A stretch of 64,000 nt of DNA, taken from assembly GCA_951406725.2 (NCBI GenBank), contig OX597827.1:6882001-6946000 (forward strand). The letters run 5' to 3'. Positions 12,638-26,846 of this stretch are shown here, one piece after another. The notes beneath the pieces were generated by a model. It was given only the letters and a program-made list of their open reading frames with translations, searched no databases and was not told where the DNA came from. Made by a program: the position numbers and the translations under genes. How positions within the stretch are numbered: position 1 is the stretch's first letter; each line of letters begins with the position of its first letter. Origin of the DNA: Octopus vulgaris. Lineage: Eukaryota.

Positions 12638-12806
12638 TGCAGGACTGGCTGTGTAGAAAGTAGCTTGCTTACCAACCACATGGTTCCGGGTTCAGTCCCA
12701 CTGCGTGGCACCTTAGGCAAGTGTCTTCTACTATAGCCTTGGGCCAACCAAAGCCTTGTGAGTGGATTTGGTAGATGGAAATGGAAAGAAGCCTGTCGTA
12801 TGTGTG

Positions 12807-12839
<33 letters not shown>

Positions 12840-13037
12840 CTGTGTTTGTCCCCCCAACATCATTTGGCAACTGATGCTGGTGTGCTTATTTTTCTGAAAC
12901 TTAGCAGTTTGGCAAATGAGATCAATAGAATAAGTACTAGGCTTACAAAGAATAAGTCCTGGGGTCGATTTGTTCGACTAAAGGCGGTGCTCCAGCATGG
13001 TCGCAGTCAAATGACTGAAAGAAAGAAAAGAAAGAAA
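12638..13037 (+). mobile_element. Family A SINE
   Basis: Same head, body and tail as 11607-11983 and 26847-27257. Confidence 0.88.
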
Positions 13038-13042
13038 TACTT

Positions 13043-13747
13043 AGGTACTACTTGAGAAGAGTGGACCCGACGTGCACACCTGCGTTAATCAGTGGATGTT
13101 TGCACCTGCACAAGTCAGAGACGGATGCATGCACATGTGCAAGTCTGTAGCACCTGTGATTAAAAACACCCTCCTCATCTATAAATATGTGTAAACTGTA
13201 AATCAGGGGGAAATTTGTGTACTCCCATCATACTCCTGAATCTGCATTTTGCAGTTTTCCAGTAACATTTGAGTTTCTTTGGAGAGAAAACTGGGGCTGA
13301 ATGTTTCCAGAACATTCTAAAACATCTTTCAGAATGGTTCGCTTTTGATTTATTAGATTGATAGATAGATAGACAGATAGATAGGTTGATAGATAGATAG
13401 ATAAATAGAGAGTTAGATAGATATCTAAATAGAGAGTTAGATTGATAGATAGATATCTAAATAGAGAGTTAGATTGATAGATAGATAGATAAATAGAGAG
13501 TTAGATAGAGATAGAGATAAATAGATAGGCTGATATATAGGTAGATAGAGAGATAGACAGATAGATAGATAGATAGATAGAAAAATTCCCTCCATCCCAC
13601 CCGATTTACAGTTTATACAGCTTTTTTATCGCAGGTGCCTCTGACTTGTGCATATGCATGCATCCGTCTACTGACTGGCATGGGTGTGTGCATCCACTGA
13701 CTAGTGCGGATGCATGCGTTGGGTCCACTCTTCTTAAATAGTACCCG
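13043..13747. mobile_element. Foldback/MITE-like element with about 125-bp imperfect TIRs and an internal (GATA)n tract
   Basis: GGTACTACTTGAGAAGAGTGGACCC... at 13044 is the reverse complement of ...GGGTCCACTCTTCTTAAATAGTACCC ending at 13747. Confidence 0.75.
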
Positions 13748-13914
13748 TACTTCCATGCATGTGTGTGTGTGTGTGTGTGCATGCTTATGTCACACAGTCT
13801 TGAGATCATGTACTGATTGTAAATGATTGTCACCATCATACAAGAGGTGTCATTCATTTGCATTCTTTCATAGAATCATATCTACCATTGTATTGTTTGT
13901 GTTCTAAGGACAAA

Positions 13915-14220
13915 TCTTTATATATAAAAATGTAGTTGTGTGTGTGTCTGTCTCCTCCGATTTAGATTCCTAACTACTCCCACATTTTGCGGTGCAGTTT
14001 AACCAAAACCGGGTATCTTATAGTCGTGATTCATATCAAGCCCTTCTGGGTATTAGCGCACGTCTACGATGAGTCTACGATTTAAAAACAAAAATTTACC
14101 ATCATTTTTCCGCATTTTTAATGCATTTTCGCTTGGTTTATATAAGGGAGGTAACTCTCTAAAATTGCTTCTATAGTTATTTCCCTTACAAACCCGAGCA
14201 ACGCCGGGCGATACTGCTAG
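13915..14220 (+). mobile_element. Non-autonomous Helitron (shorter variant of 8146-8544)
   Basis: A|TC start; hairpin CCCGAGCAACGCCGGG; CTAG|T end. Confidence 0.85.
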
Positions 14221-14559
14221 TATTACCTAAACAGCAAACAAGTGATGACTGGTGATAGGCACTGAGTTATAGAAAATCTGTCGCAATAAATTTTATCTGA
14301 CTCATGCAAGCATGGAAGAGAGAATCTTAGAGCAATGATGATGATGCTGATGATGATATATTAAATGAATACTTTAGCAGTGACTTCAGTGCTTTGCAAT
14401 GAAGCCAGTTGCAGGTGAAGCTTTGAAGTCAATTTTTCGGCTTTTCATATAAAAAAATTATATATTTATAATCTACTTACTTTTATCAAAATGCACTTTC
14501 AGGTAATATTTGAGTGTTTTTATATATAAAATCCTTATTGCTCCCCCCTCTCTCTCTCT

Positions 14560-14694
14560 CATACACACACATACATTCATTCATACATACATACACACAC
14601 ACACATACATACATACATACATACATACATACATACATGATATACACACACAGACATACATACATACATTCATACATACATGCATGCATACGTG

Positions 14695-14749
<55 letters not shown>

Positions 14750-14859
14750 TACACACATACATGATATACACACATACATACACACACACATACACACACA
14801 CACACATACATACACACACATACATACATACACACACATACATACATACACACACACAC

Positions 14860-14934
<75 letters not shown>

Positions 14935-14935
14935 T
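14560..14935. repeat. (CA)n/(CATA)n microsatellite
   Basis: Direct reading. Confidence 0.95.
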
Positions 14936-16640
14936 GTTCCTTTTTAGCCCCAAGTCAGCTCTGATTATTCATATTTATCATCAAAGGCTTTCCAGCTGTG
15001 ACCAACGTATTTTTAGGTTAAATCTCAGACAAATTTCTCCAATATTTCTTTTACTAATTTATGATAGTTTGCTGTGATTTAAGAGAGTTGTCATTAGTAC
15101 TTCTAACAGTGCAAGCAACAGTGTAGAAGCACTCTTGTTCATCTGACATTTAGACATTTAAACATTATATTTGATTTAGACAGACTTAAATTAAGGAAGA
15201 AAACGTTACTGCCTGATACAGATTTTACAGCAGTGAGACAGAAAAATAATCACTCATTTGATTAAATTATCTATCTTATGAAAATGGTAAAAGAAAAATC
15301 TGTTGCTGGCATGGCTGGGTGGTAAGAAGCTGGCATTCCAGTTCTGGGTTCAGTTCCATTGCATGGCACCTTTAGTAAGTGTGGTTAGTGTTTTCAATAT
15401 TACCCAGAAACGAAATTTAAAAAAATAGTGCATACTATTAATTTGTGTGTGATTCATCAAATGCTTGATTTGCTTGCTTGTTTGCCTTCTTTATATTATT
15501 ATTTTTTGCACCTTTTAGTCAAAGAAATAAGATTGGTAAGAAGTGAGGAAGATATCTTCTCACCTAAATTCCAACTCAAAATGCTTGCAACAGAGCGGAC
15601 TACACTAAGGCAACAAAGGTTTCAGATATCAGTATTAAAATGGATGACGAATTAAGTCTATTATACAAGTAATCGATAATGGGATTTGAACTCAGACCAC
15701 AAGGGGATAGAACAAATACCACAAGGCATCTGGTCCCATGATTTTACATTTCCACTGATTTACCGCGTGGATTGGTATATTTTTTTTTACTGATCTCTTA
15801 AGAATGAAAGGCGATGTTGACAAGGTCAAGATTTGAACTTAAAATGCAATGTTGAACTATAATAAAGATTGATAAGAAGGTCTGTTGTTAAATTCCTCAG
15901 TGTTTGTCATTCTGTCTTTTAGGTGACCTTCACTCATGAAAATCAGCTAAGCTTTTAATAAAAGGAATATTAAATGAATATTATCTTTATAAATGAGAAC
16001 TGTGTGTTCAGATGAAAGCCATTCAGTAATTGTTGAAAACAACAACCATACAGACATAAACTTCAATGAAATGTTGCTACTCGAGCAAGTCCTATTAAAG
16101 CATATTTAATAATTATCATGTTTAAATAATTATCATTAGAAGTAACTGTTTATAAAGTGTTTGTAAAGGCTTCTTTTGATTTATACATTTTTATTATTAA
16201 TTTTGATATCTTCCAGAGAGGAAATATACATGTTATGGATATTGTTATAACATTTACAGATACACGAGGAAATGTTGGGAAGGATGATTGAATGAAATAA
16301 CGATGTAATCAAAATTACATATTTGACTCTTTGATCTTTAAATAAAAAGTAAATCTGGAATAATTTATTTAAGGTTCCAATTTTGCCGGGAAGTTTTGCT
16401 GCTTTATTCAAATTTGGAATCAATATTCAATTACACAATATCAGATTGCCTCACACATATATTTCACAAATTTTGGTAATAATCTTGAGATTAGCTTGAC
16501 ATGTTAGCATGTTACACAAAATATCTTATAATATTTAGTTTTTGGTTTTGAGTTCAAATTCAGCCCCGGTTAACTTCATATTTCATGTTTTGGAGTTAAT
16601 AAAATTCTGTCAAGTAAAAAGTTGATATATTTGACAGTCC

Positions 16641-16860
16641 AGAAGTGGCATACTGGTAGAATCATTAGCATGCTGAGCAAAATGCCTAATGGAATTTCGT
16701 CTGTTTTTTACGTTCCAGGTTCAAATCCTGTCAGGGTCAACTTTGCCTGTCATCCTTTTGGGGGTAGATAAAATAAGTACCAGTCAAGCACTGGAGTCAA
16801 TGTAATCAACGTACCCTCTCCCCTAAAATTGCTGGTCCTGTGCCAAAATTTGAAACCAAT
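16641..16860 (+). mobile_element. Family B SINE
   Basis: Head ...GAATCATTAGCATGCTGAGCAAAATGC, GGTTCAAAT, core CATCCTTTTGGGGGTAGATAAAATAAGTACC; similar copy at 22980-23185. Confidence 0.7.
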
Positions 16861-17267
16861 ATATTTGACTGTCCTTTGTTATACTCCAATCTAACGAGTA
16901 GTTTTGTGTGTTTGTAAGAAATCAATAATTTTCAACTTTAATTTTTGTAGTTTTAAAGAAACCAGTGAGAATTCTGATCAATAATCTCAGATACTTATCA
17001 ACACCTTCACCCAACACATGCTAGCATGGGAAAATGAAAATGAAAACAATACTAATTCTTACCCTACAATCAGCTGGCTTTGAATTCTCTTTATCTCAGA
17101 GATAGAAGTATCAAGTAGTTTAATTAGTAGTTAATTAGATATGTTAATTATGTTGGAGGTAGTGGCACCTGGTAAGTAGTGATCTAATTAGTTAATTTAT
17201 TTTGGAGGTAGCAATATCAAGTATGCAGTGGTCCAGTAATGGTGTGATAAATCTGACAGATGGAATA

Positions 17268-17459
17268 CTCTTTACTCTTTTATTTGTTTCAGTCATTTGA
17301 CTGTGGCCATGTTGGAGCACCGTCTTTAGTCGAACAAATCGACCACAGGACTTATTCTTTGTATACCTAGTACTTATTCTATTGGTCTCTTTTGCTGAAC
17401 CGCTAAGTTACGGGAATGTAAACATGCCAGCATTGGGGGGGACAAACACAAACATACAT

Positions 17460-17492
<33 letters not shown>

Positions 17493-17823
17493 CATATATT
17501 GCTTCGGCAATACATATACTAAAATTGGAATGATACAGAGAAGATTATCAGAGCCCCTGCGCAAGGATGACATGCAAATTCATGAAGTGTTCCATATTTT
17601 CTTTAACAGCGGTGCATCAGCATGGCCACAGCTCTGAGCTGAAACTAAAAAAAATATATATATATACAACGGGCTTCTTTCAGTTTCCGTCTGCCAAATC
17701 CACTCACAAGGCTTTGGTCAGCCTGAGGCTATAGTAGAAGACACTTGCCCAAGGTGCTATGCAGTGGGACTGAATCTGAAACCATGTGGTTCGTAAGCAA
17801 GCTACTTGCCACACAGCTACTCA
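17268..17823 (-). mobile_element. Family A SINE hosting the U6 chimera in its central (TA)n tract
   Basis: Reverse complement of family A tail (17268-17450) and head (17665-17823). Confidence 0.88.
17495..17600 (+). pseudogene. U6: U6 snRNA retro-pseudogene, essentially full length, fused to a retroelement 3' tail
   Basis: TTGCTTCGGCAATACATATACTAAAATTGGAATGATACAGAGAAGATTATCAGAGCCCCTGCGCAAGGATGACATGCAAATTCATGAAGTGTTCCATATTTT matches U6. ACAGAGA box intact, AGC triad mutated, four CpG transitions. It sits inside a SINE microsatellite with no upstream promoter context. Confidence 0.92.
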
Positions 17824-18605
17824 TACGGTTGTAGCTGAAATCTCTCAAGTCAGCTAAATCAGAACCCACCTTGGGCTATACAACTACAGCAATTGCTTTT
17901 ATTCTTTTGTCATCAGTTCTCATGTGTTTTACCTTCAAGTCTAGCTGGCATTCAATTGGTGTATCAAGTTTCGGGCATTTTGATTGGGCTTTGGATTGAA
18001 AATTCACAAAAAAGTCACTCCTATTGATTTTTTAATGGCTTTGCGGGGTTACAGGAGAAATGTTTGAATGACCATAGAAAGTGCAAGCCCTCTAACTGAA
18101 AAATTGGGGATTTGTATAAAGGACACACACACACAGACAGACATTTTGTCATTTATGTATATATATAGAGATTATATTTCTTTTTTTTTTTTCCTTATAG
18201 GTGTCCTTTCAATTCTTATTTTAGAAACTGATCTAAATCTGGATTGAAGGGAATAATTATGAGAGTGTCTGTTACACAATATTTACTATTTGTAGGGAAG
18301 CAAATGGTGGCATTTAAATATATGCAAATTCTATTACAAATTTACTAGCAACAAAACAGTTCACAGCAATTATCTAAAATGTGAAATTGTGACCCTTCTG
18401 GATATAGGAATACAACAAAGCTCACATTTTACAAAGTGCATATTTGTATGAGTGTATAAACATTTGTGTGTGTGTGTGTGTGTGTGTACGGATGTGTGTA
18501 GCTGTGCATGTGTAATTTATCTATCTATCTATCTATTTATCTGTCTCTCTATCTCTCTCTATATATGTATATGATTGTGTGTATGTGTGTATACACACAT
18601 ACGCA

Positions 18606-18636
<31 letters not shown>

Positions 18637-18719
18637 GTATACACCTATGTATGTATGTTTATATGTATATATATAGATATACATACACACATATATTAAC
18701 ATATATGTATATATATGTA

Positions 18720-18754
<35 letters not shown>

Positions 18755-19929
18755 TGATATATATATATATATACATACAAGTAGAAAATGTGTGTATATG
18801 TATATATGCATATATATATATTGAGATTCAGATGACTCAGACATTCATACTTAGATATTATTTCTATATGTTATGTGGATATTGGTTACTAATAATCATG
18901 TGTACATGTGTGTGTATGTGAGAGAGCTTGTGTGTGTAGCAAAATAAGATGCTGTAAGCCGAACCAGAGCCATGGGGTGGCCAGCTCACAGAAAGGTTTG
19001 CTAACAAATTTGCAGTCAACATGCTTACTGTTTTATATTACAAGAAAAGAGAGATGATGACATTATGTCTAACAACTTTAACAAAATCAGTTGGGTTGAA
19101 TACTGAGACTTTCTCACAGTTTGAGCTTACTTAATGTTGGTAAAAATAAAAATAAAGAGGACTCTCTTAAACAACCGTTGCCCCTACCATCTCTGCCACT
19201 AAAACTACCACCACCAAAACTACCACCACCACCACTGCTGCTGCTGGCCTCATTGTAAAGCTTGATAAACAGATTCATTAGTTACTTTTACAAATGTCTC
19301 AGCTGGAAGATGTTTGATATAGTTCAAAACCCTCAAAAAAGCTTTTCATTTAGAAATTCTTGCTCAGATAATCCAAATGCCAACATTATGTTTGTAAGGC
19401 TAATAAAACCCCAAATCACTTATCCTCGGAGGAACACTGTCGCCATTGAGCATTTACACCCACACTCCACCTTGTCTACCAAATCCACTCACAAGGCTTT
19501 GGTCGGCCTGAGGCTATAGCAGAAGACACTTGCCCAAGGTGCCATGCAGTGGAACTGAACCCAGAACCATGTGGTTGGTAAGCAAGCTACTTACCACACA
19601 GCCACTCCAGTGCCTGTATGTATATGTTTGTGCTTCTTGTCTCGGTATCATGTGATCATTGTAAATGAATGTCATTCTTTTGTAATACTCTGTAAAAACA
19701 TATCAGGATGAGGTGGCAGTGGTGGTGGTGGTGGTGGTGGTCAGAGTATAGCAATCTTCAGGGAATTGCAGATAGTTTACCAATGTCTCTTTGGAATTCC
19801 CTCTCTACTCGTGTCTTTCTTGAAGCTGATGACTAAGATTCAAGAGGAGCATTACAAGCATCGCCATCAACAATCTGGAAGGGTCTGTAAAGACTATGGG
19901 CACTTCTTTCTCCAGACCCAGCAAATAAC

Positions 19930-20240
19930 AAAGCAAAGAAGGAAGGAAAGGAAGAAAGGATGGAAAGGAGAGAAGGAAGGAAGGGAAAAGGGAAAGAAGG
20001 AAAGAAAAGAAAGGAAGGAAAGAAAAGAAAGGAGGGAGGGAAGGAAGGAAGGAAGGAAAGGAGAGAAGGAAGGAAGGGAAAAGGGAAAGAAGGAAGGAAG
20101 GAAAGAAAAGAAAGGAAGGAAGGAAAGAAAAGGAGGGAAGGAAGGAAAGAAAGAAGAAAAAGGAAGGAAAGGAGAGAATAAAGGAAGGAAAGAAAAAAGA
20201 AAGAAGGAAACAAACAAACAAACAAACAGGCAAAGAAGGA
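19930..20240. repeat. Polypurine (GAAG/GAAA)n tract
   Basis: Direct reading. Confidence 0.93.
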
Positions 20241-20279
20241 AAGATCCACCAGACGATATGAAATCCAAAACTTTACAAA

Positions 20280-20620
20280 GGTTGATAAAGGGAACCGTAA
20301 ATGGTATGCAGGGTGTGAGTCAAAAAGATCTCCCTGCGGCCCTAAATTATTCATACGATATTTCCTATAAAGTCATCTTCTGCACTAAACATTCTGAAAA
20401 GGAGGGAAACTTATCCCATCCAAACTATCCTGTTGAAGTCAGTGTATATTTCAAAACTAATGCAAACCATAATACTGACCTCAATCCACCAATTTTTCAG
20501 AGAATTCTGCTCACAGTACATATTGAATATCACATATTTTTCACCACAATCAGTCAAGCTTTGTTCATGGCTATCCCCCAAAGTATTGCCAAAATAATAA
20601 AATCTGAATCTCTTCAAAAC
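20280..20620 (+). mobile_element. Highly degenerate LINE reverse-transcriptase relic (L1/Tx1-like)
   Basis: Frameshifted VNG...GVSQ.D.L.PKLF (cf. GVRQGDPLSPxLF) and downstream AKI.KSE (cf. GAKINxxKSE). Confidence 0.35.
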
Positions 20621-21287
20621 ATTAACAAATTCTTCAAAACATTCCGAACAAATCATTGACACAAGGATGCTTTCGATAACTACGAACCCCTTGCTTCACT
20701 GGACAATAGAGTTGGCATCAAATGGTGGTTCTAAGTTAAACTTGACTTGGGACCATTGTTAACTGAAGTGCTTCTAACTTATTCTTATGAACAGATACAT
20801 AGATACACGCACGCACACAAATATATATTCTTCTCTTTTTTTTTTTTACTCTTTTACTTGTTCCAGTCATTTGACTGCGGCCATGCTGGAGCACCGCCTT
20901 TAGTTGAGCAAATCGACCCCAGAACTTAAGCCTAGTACTTATTCTATCAGTCTCTTTTGCTGAACCGCTAAGTTACAGGGACGTAAACACACCAGTATCG
21001 GTTGTCAAGCAATGTTGGGGGGACAAACACTGACACATAAACATATACACACACGCACATATATATATATATATATACATATATTATATTTAATCTTTCT
21101 ATAAGATATAATTTTCCTAAATGGTATAATTTAATTTTTCATTATTGAATTGATAAAAGTTGGGGGGTTTTTCTAATTTATATATATATTGCATTTTGTG
21201 AAATTTGATTTAGTATTTCTAAATTGAATTTTTCCCTGTAAGTTTGGAATAATATTCCCTCATATTATTATTATTATTAATATATAT

Positions 21288-21332
<45 letters not shown>

Positions 21333-21577
21333 TATATATATGATGAATGTATGTGTAAGTGTGTACCCTTGTCTAGACACCAAGTGATAGCTATAAATGT
21401 GTTTTACCATCCTACAAGTGATATTTTTTGTTTCCTTAGTGGGAAACAGCTGAAGGTTGGTGACAGGAAGAGCATCCAATCATATCTGCCTCATCAAATT
21501 TCATCTGATCTATTCAAGCATGGAAAGTGGATGTCAAAAGAATGATGATGACGATGATGAATAACTAATGAATCAAT

Positions 21578-21985
21578 GGTAGTAAGGTGAAGGTACGCCG
21601 GACAAAATGCTGAACGGTATTTCATCTGCCGCTGCGTTCTGAGTTCAAATTCCACCAAGGTCGACTTTGCCTTTCATCCTTTCGGGGTCGATTAAATAAG
21701 TACCAGTTATGCACTGGGGTCGATATAATCCACTTAATCTGGTTTTCTGTCCTTGTTTGTCCTCTCTGTGTTTAGCCCCTTGGGGTTAGTAAAGAAATAG
21801 GTATTTCGTCTGCCGCTACGTTCTGAGTTCAAATTCTGCTGAGGTCGACTTTGCTTTTCATCCTTCGGGGTCAATTAAATAAGTACCAGTTATGCACTGG
21901 GTCGATATAATCGACTTAATCCGGTTGTCTGTCCTTGTTTGTCCTCTCTGTGTTTAGCCCCTTGTGGGCAATAAAGAAATAGGTT
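21578..21985 (+). mobile_element. Family B SINE with two tandem body copies
   Basis: Head, then a unit repeated at about 21616 and 21800; junction AAAGAAATA|GGTATTTCGTCTGCCG. Confidence 0.85.
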
Positions 21986-24635
21986 AAGATGGTCATAGGT
22001 TCTAATGTTATTAACTTCCATTGTATAATATCTCTGTGTAAAGCATATAACCCTGGTTGTTCCAGTTCAGCTGACTTGGCTGTAATTTTATTTCACACTT
22101 TGATGGTCAACAGTAGAAAGATCATCCAGGCATTAAAACAATTGCTCCATCTGAAACTATCCCATCCATGAAATCATAGTAAAATGGCTGGAAAACAGTA
22201 AAATAATATTTTTTTTAAATTGTAGTTTTTTTCAAAAATCTTTTGTTCAATATTTCTAAATATATTTCCAAGACAAAAAATACAAATATGGGTACTGGTT
22301 TGATAATAATTTCTCAGAAATATTTTTAGCACAAGTAATTAGTTAAATCAATATTTAAACATTATGAAAAGACTCGAGTTCACAGAAATGGTAGAATTCG
22401 TTTATTTAGCTTGTCTACATTTTGGGTCAAAATTTTACCAAATTTCACTTTGTTTTCTAAAATATCTACCAGTAATATACAATATATAATATACAATTCA
22501 ATAACCTATTCATTCCCTCCACAAAAATGTGCTTAGAATTTAATAGCTGTCACTTGAACCACATGGTTTCAGGTTCAGCCCACTTCTGGGTACACTGGCC
22601 AAATGTCATCTACTATGGCCCCGGATTAATCAATGCCTTGCTAGTGAAGTTGGTAGGTGGAAACTGTGTGGAAATTTGTGTGTGTGTGTGTGTGTGTGTG
22701 CGCGTGTGCATATGTGTTGGTGTGTGTCTGTGTGTGGGTGTGTATGTGCTTTTGCCTGTGTTTGTCTCCCACCACTGCTTGACAACTAGTGCTGATTGGT
22801 TTGTTTATATCCCATAATACTCTACCCAACTCAGTTGAGTGGGTATTGTTTTGTGAGTACTGAGTGACTGTAGAGTATGATTTGAGGGAGATTTGAGTGC
22901 TACTTCTTGCAGGTTGAACACCCACATTGAAGCACCTTCAGTATTGCAGTTCTACTTGTTGATATTCCGAATCCCAGTTGAGGTGGCAAGCTGGCAGAAT
23001 CATTAGGATGGTGAGCAAAATACTTAGTGGCATTTTGTCTACCTTTATGTTCAGAGTTCAAATTCCACTTAAGTCAACTTTACCTTTTGGGATTGATAAA
23101 ACAACCAGTTGAGCATTGGGGGTCGATGTGATCAACTAGCTCCCTTTCCCAAAATTGCTGGCATTGTGCCCAAATTTGAAACTAATATTTTAAGTTCCAG
23201 ACAGTCTTGACAGAGCAGAGTATCGTCAAAAGTGTTTCTGCCATGACCATTCTGTGCTTCTCTGAGACATTACATATCTAGGACTACATTATTAAATGTG
23301 TCCTTCCTTTTTCTAAAGACAGCCAGGTATAATTTGTGTGTAATTTGGCAGCTATATCATGCAATTCAAACTATCATAAAGTGGCTCCTTCATTGGATCT
23401 CTGCCTACTTGTTGTTGTTGTTGTCATCATTGTTGTTGTTTAGCCCAAAGTCAACTCTTATGAAGGAGATCTGTGATCAAAGAGATTCCAACCATGACCA
23501 TTCTATATTTTTCGGAAATAGTGTAACCCCAACTACAATATTCAGTCTCTCCCCTTTTTTTTTTTAATGGTAAGATGTTTACAGAATATTTGACTGCAAT
23601 TTCTAACCCTTTGAATGACCACATGGAGCTCTCTTATTGGCTTATAGCCTTTATTATTTAACCCTAAGTCAACTCTGACCAAGCAGACCTATCATCTGTA
23701 GCAGTCCAGCTATGATCAACTCATCAGTCTGTATATCTAGAACACTACCCAATGTGTCCTTTTTATAAGACTGTAGGTTTGATTTGTCTGTTGGCAGCTA
23801 TTTCCAGCAGTTTCCATTCTTTGATAAGATTAAATTAATAGTGATCATCGTGAAGCAAGGAGAAAGCTTCTATTCAACCATGTTCATAAACTGCTTGATT
23901 ATTAGACATTTTATTAGCTTCAATTCAAAAGTTTTTAAGAATTTTTTTCAAACACCAGAAGCTAAGAACACTTACTATGCCCTGTATATTTAATTCCAAA
24001 TTGAAGCTAATTAATTTTACTTACACCACAGAAAATGCCTCCAAGAAAGATATTTATCCGCCCTTTTCAATCTGTAGTTTAGTACCTGAGCAAAGAAATC
24101 AATAAAATACAGGTTTTTTTGTTGGGTGCTGTGTATAAGACAAGTTTGGATGAGTTGGCTGCCTAAGAAGCACAATAAATGTATTAGAATATGTATTTAA
24201 AAAGTATTTAGATTGCCAAAAAGTTTACATGACAAAAATCTGTTCTTTAAGGAAGTAATATCGATAAAGGCAGCAAGAGTTTAGTTAAGGATATAAAAGA
24301 CAATTGAACAGTGTAAAAATGATAATAATAAAAAAATAAAAAAGAAGAAGCATAAAGCAAAAAGATGTTAATTTGTGTGAGAAAGCTTTTAAAAGAATTG
24401 GGAAATAATAGAATGTAGATTGTATGTACATCAGGAGCATAATTGATGAAATCAATTCAACTAGAAGAGAGCACTTAGTTGATGTAGGATGATATCAGTT
24501 TGAAGAACAAGCACACATGCACACGCACACACACACACGCACACACACACACACACACACGGGCACACATGTATATTCTTATACATATATACATGCATGT
24601 GTGTGCCTGTGTTTGTATACCTGTTTGTATGTATC

Positions 24636-24667
<32 letters not shown>

Positions 24668-24734
24668 TAAACATAGAGAGAGAGAGAGAGATACTGACAC
24701 ACACATAAATTATATGTGTGTGTGTATATACATA

Positions 24735-24766
<32 letters not shown>

Positions 24767-24818
24767 CATATAAATATTCACACAGATATGTAAATATGTA
24801 TGTATGTATGAATATATA

Positions 24819-24859
<41 letters not shown>

Positions 24860-24915
24860 TGTATGTGGGTGAATGTATGAGTGTATATATAAACATACAT
24901 ACATACATGCATATA

Positions 24916-24959
<44 letters not shown>

Positions 24960-26400
24960 TACACACTCTCACACATATATACACACTCTCACACATTTTT
25001 CAAACACACATGTACATATCCATACACACACACACATATATATGAATATATATATGTACATGCATACATATACACACACACACTAATGCACACACATAAA
25101 CACACACACACACACACACAAATATATATATATACATATATTCCTAAACATAGATAGATAGTTATGGCCATAGACATATACGATAATAAAATATATATAG
25201 CATGAAGCAAGCTAATTACAATGTATATATCATTGTAAATTTCTTAAAGTAGACATCAAGCTGTTATGTATTTTCATTGCAGTAATAGGTTGTAATAATT
25301 ATATCAGAGCCTGTGCGCTTGTCAATGAGTGATCTGGGAAAACATATGAGGATGTATTACAGTAAAAACAGCAGCAACAGAGTTATCAACAAAACCTGGA
25401 AGAAGACTAGCATTTATATCATTAAGTCAAAATTGCTCTCCAGTTTTCTATATGGGTAATTTTTAGAGGATTTTTGGAATTTCGTTTGGCTTTTTTTTAT
25501 TCATTTATTTTGTTTGTTTTTTTGTTTTTTTTATCTTTTTATTCAACTCTTAAGTTTTTGCTCATCGGTAAATAAATATCCATGGAAACACCATTACTGA
25601 GTGATCTTCGTGATTGGATTGCTTTTGTTTTTGTTTTTTTTGGGGGTGTTTTTTTTTTTGATGGTGAAGTTATTGTTTTTAATTCTTATTTTTCTATTTC
25701 TTTTTTTTTTTTGCTTTACTGTTTTGGTGGAGGAGGGGAATATATTTTTCATTTGATTGATTCTTCCATCCACCATCCACCCTCCACCATCCACTATCCC
25801 ACCACACTTCAGCCAAGTAAAAATTCTGTCAGATTGAAAATATTTTACTGCCTTCACTTACACATATGTACAGATACACACACCCACATGTACACACACA
25901 CACACACACACACACAGATTGCCAGAAACACGCTCAAAACATATTTATGTACTCCCTCTCGTCCTTTCTTTCTCTCTCTTTCTGTTTCCCTTTTACACGT
26001 ATGTACTCTGTTTTCCTTTTAAACACACTCACAAAAAGACGAGGACAATAACACTACAAATGCTTTCTCAGATTTTCCTTCTTCTCTCTCTCTCTCTCTC
26101 TCTCCCCCCTTTCTTATTCATACTCTCTCCCTCTCTCTATCTCTCTCCCACACACACACACTCACAAACACATAAGTGTTCATAGATAACTAATTAAAAA
26201 ACAGTGGAGAGCAATCAAAGTGAGTAAATAGAGTAGACAAAGCTTAAATGTAATTTAGAAGAGTGAGGGGAGGGGGTGAAGTATTCGACACACTATAAGA
26301 CTAACATACATACAGAGAGGCAGACAGACAGATAGACATATAGGCATATTTTTATGTGTATGTGTGTATGTATATATATGTATACACATACATATATATG

Positions 26401-26446
<46 letters not shown>

Positions 26447-26476
26447 CATATATATGTATATATACATATATATGTG

Positions 26477-26508
<32 letters not shown>

Positions 26509-26846
26509 CATATATATATACAAGCATGCACACTCACTCACATCCATCCATACATATACAGATGTGTGTGTGTGTGTGTGTGTGTGTGTATAAACACATA
26601 CACTCACATATATGTATACTTACATCCCTACTTATATCCATAATGTTTGTAGAATGCAGACACATGTATAGTGAACGCCCTAACGTATGTAAAACTATAG
26701 GGAATGACGCAAAAACCAAATTAACAATCTTATGATAATTGACAGAAGTGTCAAATTAGATCTCCGGAAACCCAGCCATGGAATAAAAAAAAACATTTTC
26801 CTGACCTACACCCAGATCATAGAATATTATTTAGGGAATATCAATA

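Noticed and set aside
17495-17600. Functional U6 gene
   Set aside because: Catalytic AGC triad altered, CpG decay, embedded in a SINE with no upstream promoter context.
19766-20659. 297-aa K/E/R/G-rich ORF
   Set aside because: Open because of a polypurine microsatellite fused to a decayed retroelement fragment; no coherent domain.
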